NCBI GenBank assembly: GCA_963769935.1 | Contig: CAVYNY010000007.1 | Span: forward strand, 243,343-307,342 | Length of the DNA: 64,000 bases | Direction: 5' to 3' | Origin: an uncultured delta proteobacterium | Lineage (GTDB): Bacteria; Desulfobacterota; Desulfobacteria; Desulfobacterales; JAFDCJ01 | In this document: positions 1 to 10,661 of the stretch, in pieces | Layout: each line of letters begins with the position of its first letter | Numbering within the stretch: the stretch's first letter is position 1 | Notes under the pieces: generated by a model | Told to the model about the DNA's origin: nothing | Databases searched by the model: none | The model's input: the letters and a program-made list of their open reading frames with translations, nothing else | Translations under genes and position numbers: made by a program

Positions 1-9
1 GAATCAACC

Positions 10-468
10 ATGCGAACGAGTAACACGGCCATCGGCCTGGTCTTAATTGTTTTTGCCTCTGCCGTACTGATCCACGTCCAGGGATTTCCGACTCTGGAAA
101 ACGGCTACCCGGGTCCGTCGCTGTTTCCGGAGGTCCTGGCCGTGTTATTCATTTTTTGTGGAATCGGGTTAATCATCCAGGGAGTCCGCCAACGAGAAAA
201 AATCCTGAAATTCGACCTGGGAAACATTACCCTATCGGGGTGGCTGAACATTGTTTTTGTGCTGGGTACGATATTCTGCTACATATTTTTCGCCGAATAT
301 ATAGGGTTTCTAATCTTCTCCTTTGTGATTCTTATGATTCTGATGAAATGGTTGAAAGTGAAAATACTGCCGAGTTTGGCCATGTCGATCATTGTGACCC
401 TGTCCATTTATATCTTATTTGCAAAAGTTCTGCTTGTACCCCTGCCGTGGGGCCTCTGGGGCTGGTAA
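10..468 (+). CDS. tctB: Tripartite tricarboxylate transporter small membrane subunit (TctB family)
   Basis: 152 aa, about 4 TM segments, 'PGPSLFP' and C-terminal 'LFAKVLLVPLPWG' typical of TctB; directly upstream of tctA. Confidence 0.85.
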   Translation: MRTSNTAIGLVLIVFASAVLIHVQGFPTLENGYPGPSLFPEVLAVLFIFCGIGLIIQGVRQREKILKFDLGNITLSGWLNIVFVLGTIFCYIFFAEYIGFLIFSFVILMILMKWLKVKILPSLAMSIIVTLSIYILFAKVLLVPLPWGLWGW

Positions 469-472
469 AAAA

Positions 473-2014
473 ATGGAACATATCCTGACCGCAATTTCTC
501 TCATCGTACAGCCATATGTGCTGATGATAATTGGTATTTCCGCAATCTATGGGCTGTTTGTCGGCGCTATTCCCGGCCTTACGGCGACCATGGCAACTGC
601 GCTGCTGGTGCCGGTTACTTTTTTTATGGACCCGGTTCCGGCGCTGGCGGCTATTGTTACCATGGAAGCCATGGCCATTTTTGCCGGTGATATTCCGGGC
701 GCATTGGTGCGAATTCCCGGCACCCCCTCCTCGGCGGCCTATGTCGATGAATCCTACGCCTTCACTCAGAAGGGTCAGGCCGGCTACGTGCTGGGGGTGG
801 ATGTCACGGTGGCGGCCATTGGCGGCATGATTGGTTCGATTATCCTGATTTTGCTGGCCCCGAGGCTGGCCGAAGTGGCGATGCAGTTCACGTCGTTTGA
901 ATATTTCTGGCTGGCCTGCATCGGTTTGAGCTGTTCCGTTCTGGTGACCAAAGGCTCCCTGCTGAAGGGCCTGGTTTCCTTGCTGATCGGGCTGATGATG
1001 ACCACGGTCGGGGTGGACATTACGCTGGGATATCCGCGGTTTACGTTTGGAATTACGGATTTTTTAAACGGTTTTACATTTATCCCGGCGATGATCGGCA
1101 TGTTCGGCATTTCCGAGGTTATGCGCAATGTCTCCTCGGAGGACTGTAATTATACGGCCACCGGGGTTCAAACGAAAAAGATGTTTACGGGTGTTTTTAA
1201 AACGATTCGAAAGTACAAGTTCAACGTGGTCCGCTCCGGACTGATCGGCACCTTTGTAGGTATTTTACCCGGTGCCGGTGCGGACATCGCGGCCTGGATC
1301 GCCTATGCGGTCAGCAAAAAATTTTCCAAAGAACCGGAAAAATACGGTACCGGGCACATCGAGGGTATCGTTGACGCCGGTACGGCCAACAATGCCGGCT
1401 TGGGCGGTGCCTGGGTGCCGGCCCTGGTCTTCGGCATCCCGGGTGACTCCATTACCGCCATCGTGATTGGGGTCCTGTTCATGAAGGGGCTGCGGCCGGG
1501 CCCGATGATCTTTCAGCGGACTCCCGAGATTCTGTATGCCGTGTATATCACCTTTATCCTGGCCAACCTCATTTTAATTCCATTTGGCGTCATGGCCATC
1601 AAGACCGGCAGCCAGATGCTGCGAGTACCTCGCAATATGTTGATGCCGGCGATCCTGATGTTTTGTATCGTCGGGTCCTTTGCCATCAACAATACCACTT
1701 TTGACGTCGGCGTCATGCTGGCCTGCGGGATATTGGCCTACTTTATGGAGGCCAATGATATACCGGTTGCACCGGCGATTCTGGGGATCGTGCTGGGCAA
1801 CCTCCTGGAAGACAGCTTTATGGTTTCCATGATAAAAAGCGACTGGGACCTAACTGTGTTCTTCCATCGCCCTGTGAGCGCCGTGCTCGGCATCATAACC
1901 GTGATTTTGTGGAGCGGTCCTTTCATCGCTGTGTTTCGCAAGTGGCGGTTGGATACCAAAAACAACCCAGCGAAAAATGAGGAATGCCGACCCGGTTTTA
2001 AAGATGTTGTTTAG
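473..2014 (+). CDS. tctA: Tripartite tricarboxylate transporter large subunit (TctA family)
   Basis: Motifs GAIPGL, RIPGTPSSAA, GILPGAG, FGIPGD, PGP; start moved to ATG at 473, just after the tctB stop. Confidence 0.92.
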   Translation: MEHILTAISLIVQPYVLMIIGISAIYGLFVGAIPGLTATMATALLVPVTFFMDPVPALAAIVTMEAMAIFAGDIPGALVRIPGTPSSAAYVDESYAFTQKGQAGYVLGVDVTVAAIGGMIGSIILILLAPRLAEVAMQFTSFEYFWLACIGLSCSVLVTKGSLLKGLVSLLIGLMMTTVGVDITLGYPRFTFGITDFLNGFTFIPAMIGMFGISEVMRNVSSEDCNYTATGVQTKKMFTGVFKTIRKYKFNVVRSGLIGTFVGILPGAGADIAAWIAYAVSKKFSKEPEKYGTGHIEGIVDAGTANNAGLGGAWVPALVFGIPGDSITAIVIGVLFMKGLRPGPMIFQRTPEILYAVYITFILANLILIPFGVMAIKTGSQMLRVPRNMLMPAILMFCIVGSFAINNTTFDVGVMLACGILAYFMEANDIPVAPAILGIVLGNLLEDSFMVSMIKSDWDLTVFFHRPVSAVLGIITVILWSGPFIAVFRKWRLDTKNNPAKNEECRPGFKDVV

Positions 2015-2137
2015 AGCCGGATACCCCGCCAGAGCATATTCCCCCCGATGGAGTTGAAAAGCCAATTTTAAGCTATTGGCTGCTATATATTTTGTGGGAC
2101 CTAATTCGGACGAGTTGTATCCAAAAAAGAGACTAAT

Positions 2138-2215
2138 CACGAAAACACGAAAGGACGAAAACACGGAAAAGAGACGAGATAAATTTCGTGTTTTTCTAGA
2201 TTTCGTGTTTTCGTG
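2138..2215. repeat. Intergenic inverted repeat made of short tandem units
   Basis: CACGAAAACACGAAA (2138-2152) is the exact reverse complement of TTTCGTGTTTTCGTG (2201-2215); further degenerate units lie between them. Confidence 0.85.
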
Positions 2216-2288
2216 TTAAAAAAAATATAAAACGAAAACAAATTACAAATAAGACTATACTAAGCGTCTAAAGAGAGGATCACCAAAA

Positions 2289-3820
2289 ATGACCGCACCC
2301 CGCCCACTCACGATACGTCTTCACAATTCCGACAACGTAGTTGTCGCCCGCGTTGATATTCCGGCCGGAACCAAAGTCCCGGAGGAGCAGATCGTCAGCC
2401 GTGAGCCGATTTCCTTCGGCCACAAAGTTGCCGCGTCCCCCATAAAATCAGGCGAGGCCGTAAAAAAATACGGTCAGATTATCGGGTTTGCCTCAAAGGA
2501 TATCCAACCCGGAGCGCACGTTCACACCCACAACGTCGGGATGAAAGCCTTCGACCGTGATTACGCCATCGGTGCCGATGCTGATTTATCGCCCGAATAT
2601 GAGGCGATGCCGGCGACATTCTGAGGGAATTGTCAGAGCGGACGGCCGGGTTGCCACCCGCAATTACATCGGTATTATCAGCACAGTGAATTGCTCGGCC
2701 TCGGTGAGCCGGTTTATCGCCGATGCCTTCAAGGGGGATGCACTGGCTGAATTTCCCAATGTGGACGGAGTTGTCTCCCATCTGCCATGGCATGGGCTGC
2801 GCCTGTTCCAACGACCAGGAAGGATTCGAAATGCTGCTGAACGTTTTAGCCGGCTATATCCGCAATCCCAATTACGGTGCCATCCTGGTCGTCGGCCTGG
2901 GATGCGAAGTCATGCAGATCGATACTTTGTTTCAGCGCAGGGACCTGCAGCAGAACGCGCTGCTGCAGACCATGACCATCCAGGGAACCGGCGGTACCCG
3001 AAAAACCGTGCAGCAAGGTATCGAGCGGGTGCGCGCCATGCTGCCCGTTGTCGATCAGGATCGAGCGCACACCGGTCTCAGCCGGCCAGCTCATCCTGGG
3101 CCTCCAATGCGGCGGTTCCGACGGTTACTCCGGACATTACCGCCAACCCGTCGCTGGGCGCGGCGGTTGATCTGCTCGTGCGGCATGGGGGGGCCGCCGT
3201 TCTGGGTGAAACCCCGGAGATTTACGGCGCAGAACATCTTCTCACCCGCCGCGCCGTCTCCCGCGAAGTTGGCGAAAAGCTGATCGACCGCATTCACTGG
3301 TGGGAGAATTACACTGCCGAAAAATAATGCCGAAATGGACAACAATCCTTCACCCGGCAACAAAGCCGGCGGCCTGACCACCATTCTGGAAAAATCCCTC
3401 GGCGCGGTGGCCAAAGGCGGAACCGGCAACCTGGTGGATGTGCTGCAATACGGCCAGCCCATAACCGGCAAGGGACTGATGTTTATGGATACGCCCGGCT
3501 ACGACCCGGTCTCGTTGACCGGAATGGTTGCCGGGGGCGCCAATATCATCTGCTTTACGACCGGCCGCGGTTCGGTTTACGGCTGCAAGCCGATCCCGAG
3601 CATCAAACTGGCAACCAACACTGCAATGTTTCGCCGCATGGATGATGACATGGACATCAATTGCGGGGAAACCATGGACGGCTTGACAACCGTGGAAGAG
3701 ATGGGCCGGCGTATTTTCGAATTCATTCTGGATGTTGCCTCGGGACGCAAGACCAAAAGCGAATTGAACGGTATCGGCGAAGACGAATTTGTACCCTGGA
3801 ACATCGGCGCCGTGATGTAG
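2289..3820 (+). pseudogene. UxaA-family (altronate/galactarate) dehydratase with SAF domain; 5 apparent +1 frameshifts (possibly sequencing errors)
   Basis: SAF 'DNVVVAR..GHKVA..KKYGQIIG..HVHTHN', 'GRVATRNYIG', 'GLGCE', 'QCGGSDGYSG', 'NNPSPGNKAGGLTTILEKSLG', 'DTPGYDP'; pieces rejoin on removing single bases near 2622, 2777, 3058, 3134, 3317. Confidence 0.85.
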
Positions 3821-3956
3821 TATTTCCCCCTATGAATTGGCCTGAAAAAGGATTGGCCTGGGGGGAAGGCGTGTCCCTTTCAATCAGATGTAATTCGCAC
3901 GAATCAGGCGTCATTATTGATTAGATGAAAAACGTGCAATCCAGGAGAAAGCTTCC

Positions 3957-5301
3957 ATGAAAATACTCAGTGTTGATGTCGGTACTACCGCTATGAAAAT
4001 GGGGGTGTTTGAGGATATCAACGGCGGTCTTGACCTGCTCAGGCAATTCTACCAGGAGTATTCGATCAATACTTACAATGACGGGCTGTTCAGTGATATC
4101 GAGCAGGAAAAATGGCAGCAGGCGTTTGCGGCGGGGTGCAGGGAAATGTCAGATTTTATGCCCCAAATCGATGTCATTGCCCTTTCCGGCACGACACCGG
4201 GACTGACGGCCATGGATCAGGAGGGCAATGCGCTTTATCCGGCCATTCTCATGCTGGACCAGCGTTCCCGGACCCAGGCCCAGCAGATCATCGACCGGAT
4301 CGGTCTGGAAACACTGCTCAAGTGCAACCGCCAACATGCCGGTGGCCGGCGGCTGTTCGCTGGCCAGCATTCTCTGGCTCAAAGACAATCTGCCCGGGGT
4401 GTTTAAAAAGACGCACGTTTTCGGCCATTCCAACACCTTCATGGCCCGCTGGCTGTCCGACAAATTTGCCATGGACCCCTCATCGGCCTCGCTGACGGCG
4501 ATGTACCGTACCGCCGAGAATGATATGACCTGGGATAATGAAATCCTGGATGCGTTTGATCTGTCGGCCGCCTGTTTGCCGGAGTTGATGCCGGCCTACC
4601 ACAGCACGGGCAAGCTGCGCACGAGTCTTGCCGCAGAGTTTGGCTTCAAGAAGGAGCCGCCGGTATTGATCGGCGGCAATGACGCCGTGCTGGCAGCATA
4701 TTCGGTGGGCATCCGGCAGCCGGGCGAAATCTTCAACATCAACGGCACCTGCGAAATTTCCATGGTCTGTCTTTCCAAATGTTTTGCCTCCCGCAATTAT
4801 AACATCCGCACCCACGTCCTGCCGGAGCGGTGGTTTTCCTTTTATGTGATGAATGCAGGCGGCAAGGCCTTCGAGTGGTTTAAAAATCTTTTCTGCAGCG
4901 AGATGAGCGAAGAAAAATTCTTCAGCGATTTTATCCCGCATACTATTGAGAAGTGGTTGAACCGGGAAAGCGGTGTGGCTTATATGCCATATCTGATGGG
5001 TTCCAGGTATTCTCTGGCACCGCTGAAAGCCGAATTTCGCGGGCTGACCCAGGAGACTTCCCGCGAAGAACTGCTGGCCGCGCTGGTTCGGGGCCTTTGT
5101 GAGTATCAACGGGAGAATCTGAAGGAAGTTTCCCTTGAAATGCCCCTGGCCGATGAGATCATAGTCTCCGGCGGGGCGGTCAATGAGGCGCTGATCCGTG
5201 CTAAAACCAAATGGATGCGCAACTGCAGCTACCGATTTGAGACCGAATCCTCGTTGAAGGGAGCAGCCATGTTGGGGCGGAAGTATTTAGTGGGTGGTTG
5301 A
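3957..5301 (+). pseudogene. FGGY-family carbohydrate kinase; one +1 frameshift near 4324 (possibly sequencing error)
   Basis: N-term 'ILSVDVGTTAMK', 'PAILMLDQRS' in ORF 3957; continues in ORF 4228 with 'GGNDA', 'PYLMGSR', 'VSGGA', 'GAAMLG'. Confidence 0.82.
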
Positions 5302-5337
5302 CTTTGATTTCACCCGGAATAATGGAATAGTGGAATT
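5302..5337. repeat. Internally deleted copy of the 24.2-24.4 kb dispersed element
   Basis: CTTTGATTTCACCC+GGAATAATGGAATAGTGGAAT matches the reverse complement of 24379-24392 (13/14) followed by the reverse complement of the 24311-24346 arm. Confidence 0.7.
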
Positions 5338-5342
5338 GTTAT

Positions 5343-5597
5343 TTGGACCGCGGACCCATTGCCCTGGTGGAAGACGGCGATATCATATCCATCGATATTC
5401 CCGCCCGCACCCTGAATATCGTCGGACCTAAAGACGGCCGCCTTAATTCAAATGAGGTCCAAGCCCTGCTGGCCGAGCGCAAAAAGAGTTGGACCCCTGT
5501 CGTCCGGCAGCATCCCCCCGGGATCCTTAAACGATATACCTCCCAGGCGGCATCGGCCATTAAAGGGGCGTATCTGGAAACTCAACGAACTCAATAA
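5343..5597 (+). pseudogene. C-terminal fragment of a dihydroxy-acid/sugar-acid dehydratase (IlvD/Edd family)
   Basis: 'GPIALVEDGDIISIDIPARTLN...LAERKKSW..GILKRYTSQAASAIKGA' matches the IlvD C-terminus; the rest of the gene is absent. Confidence 0.85.
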
Positions 5598-5615
5598 ACG
5601 CTGTAAACTCGCCCG

Positions 5616-6845
5616 ATGTTTCCAAGCTCACCATATCGACTTACGCTGCTGGTCTGCCTGGCGGAAATATTCGGCCTGGCTTCCATTGCCGTCTTTCCGG
5701 CGCTGCTGCCGACGTTCAAGGCGGAATGGCAGTTGAGCAACACGGCCGCCGGCTGGATCAGCGCGGCCTATTATGCGGGCTACATGATTCTGGTGCCGGT
5801 GCTGACCAGCATCACCGACCGGATTGATGCCCGCCGGATTATGGGATTGGGAGCATTATTCGCTGCCATGTCGGCCGCTGGCTATGCTTATCTGGCCCAG
5901 GGATTTTGGTCGGCCCTTGTACTGCGGCTTCTCTCCGGGGTAAGCTTGGCCGGAATTTACATGCCCGGGCTCAAGGTGGTCGGCGATCACACCGAAGGGG
6001 AGGGGACGCTGCAGTCCCGGTTTGTTTCTTTTTACACCGCAAGCTTCAGCATCGGCGCCAGCCTTTCGTATCTGCTGGCCGGTGAAATCAATGTGCGGGC
6101 CGGGTGGCGCTGGGCTTTTATGGCATCTGCCATAAGTGCCGTCGGCGCACTGGTAATTGTCATTTTGTATGTGCCCCCGGCGCGGGTGCGCAGTGCTGAA
6201 AAGAACGGCGCCCTGCTCGCGGATTTCAAAATTGTTTTGCGATCCAAGGCGGCCATGGCTTATGTTCTGGCATACGCCGCCCACATGTGGGAACTTTTTG
6301 CGCTGCGAACCTGGATTGTGGCTTTCCTGGCCTTCAGCATTCAGCTGCAGCCGGCCGGCGCCTTTACCTGGCGTCCGACCCAGATCGCCTTTATTGTCAG
6401 TCTGATCGGGCTTCCGGCCAGCATCGGCGGCAATGAGTTGTCCCGTATCTTCGGCCGCAGAAAAGTTATAACGGTCGTGATGATCGTATCCGCGGCATTG
6501 GGAACGATCCTTGGTTTCAGCGCAGCCTTGCCGTACTTACTGGTGGCCTTCATGGCGATCTTGTACGGCATCACCATTATTGGTGATTCAGCGTCGCTGA
6601 CTGCCGGAGTTGTCGCCGTCGCCCCTGCGGGCTATCGGGGCACGACCCTGGCCGTTCACTCCACCTTCGGATTTTGTTCAGCCTTTCTCAGCCCTCTGGC
6701 TGTCGGCGTCGTGCTCGACTTTTTCGGCGGCAACCGCCTGGCCTGGGGTATGGGCTTTGTCTGTATGGCCGCCGGCAGTTTGCTGGGGCCGGTGTTTTTA
6801 GCGCGGCTTAAGTCCGATACGAATGGGAAGAAAGATATAATTTAG
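5616..6845 (+). CDS. MFS transporter
   Basis: 409 aa, about 12 hydrophobic segments, MFS motif A-like 'TSITDRIDARR' and 'GNELSRIFGRR'. Confidence 0.9.
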   Translation: MFPSSPYRLTLLVCLAEIFGLASIAVFPALLPTFKAEWQLSNTAAGWISAAYYAGYMILVPVLTSITDRIDARRIMGLGALFAAMSAAGYAYLAQGFWSALVLRLLSGVSLAGIYMPGLKVVGDHTEGEGTLQSRFVSFYTASFSIGASLSYLLAGEINVRAGWRWAFMASAISAVGALVIVILYVPPARVRSAEKNGALLADFKIVLRSKAAMAYVLAYAAHMWELFALRTWIVAFLAFSIQLQPAGAFTWRPTQIAFIVSLIGLPASIGGNELSRIFGRRKVITVVMIVSAALGTILGFSAALPYLLVAFMAILYGITIIGDSASLTAGVVAVAPAGYRGTTLAVHSTFGFCSAFLSPLAVGVVLDFFGGNRLAWGMGFVCMAAGSLLGPVFLARLKSDTNGKKDII

Positions 6846-7162
6846 ATATAAACTAAGGAATCCGGGTGTTAAAAAAGCACATAGCAGTTAGCAAAATATT
6901 CACTTTATTAAAAAATGGCTGTATGAACTAGAATTTTGGTGGTTTCGAATTAATTGCGATAGAAGACGCATATCCCCCGTTTCACCGCCAGTATGCGATA
7001 TAACAATATATTGTGCCGGACCACTGGCTCTAAAAATCATAACCCGTATATTTTTTTTCATACAATTTCCATATTTCCATAATTTCAGGGTTAGGCATGC
7101 AAACTTTTAGACAAACCAAGATTTGTTTTATTAGCTGATGCAATATGCAATCAGACTCCTCG

Positions 7163-7332
7163 AAGACTGTGGGGTGCATATTGGACTGGGGCAGGGATGA
7201 CCTTGAGGGCTGATCGAAGGAACAAAATCCCTTCTGTCAAATAAAGAAATATCCTGAAAAACGCACAGAAAAGTATATTCCACCGGAAAACGATTTTTGG
7301 AAAGTCTTTAATTAAGCATAAGGCGACAGCCA
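7163..7332 (+). pseudogene. Decayed tyrosine integrase fragment
   Basis: Manual translation KTVGCILDWGRDDLEG*SKEQNPFCQIKKYPEKRTEKYIPPENDFWKVFN*A*GD resembles the 'WG..Y..G..NPF..V.K.PE.R..RYVPPEEDFWKV' segment of deltaproteobacterial phage integrases (from memory); in-frame stops. Confidence 0.55.
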
Positions 7333-7480
7333 TGAACGGGTCCAGGGCCGTTAGATGCTTATCTCTTTATTGCATCTTGCCGGTTGAAGAATCGAGATAT
7401 TCGGCTTCAAACTGTCCGATCTGGATTTTCCCAACAGTAAAGTTATGTTTTGAAGCCGAAGGCCGGAGTCCAATTTTGTA

Positions 7481-8731
7481 TTATCGTCTGTAATAGGATA
7501 GGACTTTTGTAATTGATGAGGCCATTGCCTCTGAATGCTGGGAAGTGAAACCTTCGTTCCAAACGATATAAATTGTTTCTCTGCAATGTTTTTCTGCCAC
7601 CGGGCACAAGCCTTCTTCGAATCTATATTCCCCCCAAACTCCACTGAGGGGGAATCCGGATTTTCCAAACGTCATTCGATCACGCAAAACTTTATATAAG
7701 TAAAGAGGCCGATCTAAATAGCCACAATGTGCAGGGAGACCCTCCGCATTGAGAGCTTTTACAATGTCTGAAATTGGTACTCGAAACACTTGAGGATCAA
7801 GCCGGAACGTATAAGCATAGTAACTACAAAAGCCTCCGTCAACAATGCGCTGCGGATATACCCCTATTTCGCTGCCAATTAATGCCGAGAGCAAGTTTGC
7901 GGAGCTACTTCTATCGACTACCACCTTATCAAGTTTGGGTAATTGTGCGAGGCCCACAGCAGCTTGGAGCTCAGTCATATGGTAGTTCGGAGCAAGAAAG
8001 AGGTGATCGCGCCACTCGTCACGCGGCCATCCCTTGTCAGCACACAGCCGAAGTTCGCGTCCAAAGGCCTTATCCTTTCTGGCTATGACGAGACCGCCGT
8101 CTCCCGTTGTAATGTGTTTAGATTGCTGGAGGCTAAAACATCCAAGGTCCCCTATGGTCCCTACAATTCTATTCTGATATTTAGCGAGAAAGGCTTGGGC
8201 ACAGTCCTCAATCACGGCAATTTTATGCCTGTGTGCGATGTCCATTATTGGATCCATGTCACAAGGAGCTCCAAAAATATGGGTAACGATTATCGCTTTC
8301 GTTCGTGGGGTGATACGATCTTCAATGAGTCGTGGGGACATGGTAAAAGTTTCTTCGTCAATGTCTACAAATACTGGGATATTTGCCTGGTATAGGACTG
8401 GAATTACGGTTCCCATGTCGGTGATGGGGGAAGCCAGTATTTCATCCCCCGGCTCGGTGTTGAGAGAGATCAATGCCGCGTGTATTGCAGCGGTGCCGCT
8501 GCTTGTGGCTATAGTAAATGGAACACCGAATTTCTTGGCGAAATTTGCTTCAAATTGACGAACTTTAGTGCCATATATATACGCGAGGGTTCCAGAGTCC
8601 AGCACCTCTTTGACGGCCTCCAACTCTTCTTCTCCTATGGTTCTCCCTGAGCGGTTTTTGTGGGTTGGCAATGGCCCCTTTATGGCCTTCTCTCCACCAA
8701 AGATCGCTAACTGCTCTTGTCTGTTTTGCAT
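7481..8731 (-). CDS. DegT/DnrJ/EryC1/StrS family PLP aminotransferase
   Basis: 'SSGTAAIH', 'IEDCAQA', 'FSLQQSKHITTGDGG' (PLP lysine), 'NYHMTELQAAVG'; RBS GGAGG before ATG 8731. Confidence 0.92.
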   Translation of the reverse strand: MQNRQEQLAIFGGEKAIKGPLPTHKNRSGRTIGEEELEAVKEVLDSGTLAYIYGTKVRQFEANFAKKFGVPFTIATSSGTAAIHAALISLNTEPGDEILASPITDMGTVIPVLYQANIPVFVDIDEETFTMSPRLIEDRITPRTKAIIVTHIFGAPCDMDPIMDIAHRHKIAVIEDCAQAFLAKYQNRIVGTIGDLGCFSLQQSKHITTGDGGLVIARKDKAFGRELRLCADKGWPRDEWRDHLFLAPNYHMTELQAAVGLAQLPKLDKVVVDRSSSANLLSALIGSEIGVYPQRIVDGGFCSYYAYTFRLDPQVFRVPISDIVKALNAEGLPAHCGYLDRPLYLYKVLRDRMTFGKSGFPLSGVWGEYRFEEGLCPVAEKHCRETIYIVWNEGFTSQHSEAMASSITKVLSYYRR

Positions 8732-8829
8732 CTTACCTCCCATGCACAGTAAAATACTTTTGTTTTTCGTTAAAAAAGTCTAATGCAAAAACTGAATTAT
8801 CAGTACCACAATGAGTATATTTTAATCCA

Positions 8830-9663
8830 TTATTTAAGACCCGAAAGGGCTATGCCGCGTATCATATACTTCTGCGAGATTATATACGCGATTAACATGG
8901 GGCCAGTGGAGAGCACGGTGGCCGCCATTAAGGGTCCATAGTTTATATTTCCATAAGGATCCTTGAACAGGGCGAGCCCCACGGGGATCGTTCGCATGTT
9001 AGGTGAGTTTATTACGATTACTGGCCAAAGAAAATCGTTCCAACACTCCAGAAAAAGGATCATTGCCACTGTTGCTATGATGGTCTTGACCAGCGGGGCG
9101 ATGATGGTCAAAACGATACGAATTTCTCCCGCACCATCCATCCGCGCTGCCTCGATTAGATCCACGGGAATTGCTTTAATCCCCTGCCGGAGCATAAATA
9201 CGCCGAAAGCGCTGGCGAAGTTCGGGGCCAAGATCCCTTGATAGGTATCCACCCAGCCGATTTTTGATAGCAAAACATACAAGGCAACGGATGTAACTTG
9301 GACCGGCACCATAAGCGTTCCCAAAATTAGGATAAAAAAGAAGTTTTGCAGAGGAAAGCGATAAACGGCGAACGCATACCCAGCGAATAATCCGAACAGG
9401 AGTGAACAGGTGACGGAGACAAAAGCAACGACGAAGCTGTTCCAGTAGTAGGTCAGCCATGGAGCCTTTTCATAAGCTTCAATGAAGTGATGAATTGTCA
9501 GATGGGTTGGAATCCACTTGGGTGGAAAGGAGATGATGTCCTGCGCAGGACTGAAGGCGGTAATCAGCATCCAATAAAATGGACAGATCATCAGCACCGC
9601 CACGATACTAGCGATAAGGTAGAAATTCAAATTCCTAAGGCCCTTTACAATTGAACTCACCAT
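8830..9663 (-). CDS. Carbohydrate ABC transporter permease (MalG-like)
   Basis: EAA loop 'LIEAARMDGA', 'WNDFLWP'. Confidence 0.93.
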   Translation of the reverse strand: MVSSIVKGLRNLNFYLIASIVAVLMICPFYWMLITAFSPAQDIISFPPKWIPTHLTIHHFIEAYEKAPWLTYYWNSFVVAFVSVTCSLLFGLFAGYAFAVYRFPLQNFFFILILGTLMVPVQVTSVALYVLLSKIGWVDTYQGILAPNFASAFGVFMLRQGIKAIPVDLIEAARMDGAGEIRIVLTIIAPLVKTIIATVAMILFLECWNDFLWPVIVINSPNMRTIPVGLALFKDPYGNINYGPLMAATVLSTGPMLIAYIISQKYMIRGIALSGLK

Positions 9664-9675
9664 GTCCTTAACCCC

Positions 9676-10590
9676 TCAATATGTGACTTCAAAGCGCTTA
9701 GAGTAAACGTGTTGCAACATCGTGATTACCAATATAAAAATGAAGAGGACCATAGCCTCGGCTGCAGCTAGGCCGAAGTTGAAACGCTGAAACGCCTGCC
9801 GGTACAACTCCAAAACGACTACGTTGGTTGAATTGGCAGGACCCCCTCCAGTCAATACAAAGACCTGATCGAAGACCTGGAAAGCGAGAATACTGTTATA
9901 GATCAAAATAAACGTTGTCGTGGGAGCTAAAAGCGGTACTGTGACGTGCCAAAAGCGCTGAAAGGCGCCGGCCCCATCGATGGTGGCTGCTTCGTAAAAC
10001 TGTGCCGGGATGGCCTGAAGCCCAGCTAGGTAGATAATCATATTGTAGCCCAGGGTTTTCCAGATGCTAAAAATGATGATGGAAGTGAGCGCCGTATGGC
10101 TGGACATCAGCCAGGACTGAGGCTCAATATGCAACAGACGAAGGACGACATTAAAAAGTCCGAACTGGGGATTATATAGCCACCACCAGACCATTGCGGC
10201 GGCTACCGTGCTTGTTACCATGGGTGAGAAATAGATCGCCTTAAAGACAGACTGGAACCGGAACTTGGAGTTGAAAATGACGGCCAACAATAGCCCGAGG
10301 GTGGCCGAGGTGGGGACGATGGCCGCGACGTACACCAAGGTGTTTAATGTTGCCCCGCGGAAGATCTCATCCGTGAGAAGAGATCGAAAGTTATCTAACC
10401 CGATGAAGGTAAATTGTCTCCGAAGCAATTCAACTTTGTAAAAGCTGTAGAGCAGGGTCTGGATGGAGGGGACTACCCGAAACAGACCGAAGAACAAAAT
10501 GACAGGCGCGATAAAAAGGTAGGCATGGAAAATGCGTCTTGAGCGGAGGGTGGCCAAAGTATGCGCCACTGATTGTTTATGCTTACCCAA
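9676..10590 (-). CDS. Carbohydrate ABC transporter permease (MalF/UgpA-like)
   Basis: 'LAGLQAIP..YEAATIDGA', 'LTGGGP'. Confidence 0.93.
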   Translation of the reverse strand: MGKHKQSVAHTLATLRSRRIFHAYLFIAPVILFFGLFRVVPSIQTLLYSFYKVELLRRQFTFIGLDNFRSLLTDEIFRGATLNTLVYVAAIVPTSATLGLLLAVIFNSKFRFQSVFKAIYFSPMVTSTVAAAMVWWWLYNPQFGLFNVVLRLLHIEPQSWLMSSHTALTSIIIFSIWKTLGYNMIIYLAGLQAIPAQFYEAATIDGAGAFQRFWHVTVPLLAPTTTFILIYNSILAFQVFDQVFVLTGGGPANSTNVVVLELYRQAFQRFNFGLAAAEAMVLFIFILVITMLQHVYSKRFEVTY

Positions 10591-10624
10591 TTTCTTTGTA
10601 CTCCCGGGTTTCGAGTTTCAAAGA

Positions 10625-10654
10625 GCTGCCCCAGGGGAACCTCCCTGGGGCAGC
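10625..10654 (-). promoter_or_regulatory. Intercistronic GC-rich hairpin downstream of the solute-binding protein gene
   Basis: GCTGCCCCAGGG-6nt-CCCTGGGGCAGC perfect 12-bp stem; typical position for an mRNA-stabilising or partial-termination stem in ABC operons. Confidence 0.65.
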
Positions 10655-10661
10655 AGCCAGT

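Noticed and set aside
2289..3820. Programmed frameshifting or a naturally split uxaA
   Set aside because: Five scattered +1 insertions without slippery sites are better explained by sequencing error or decay
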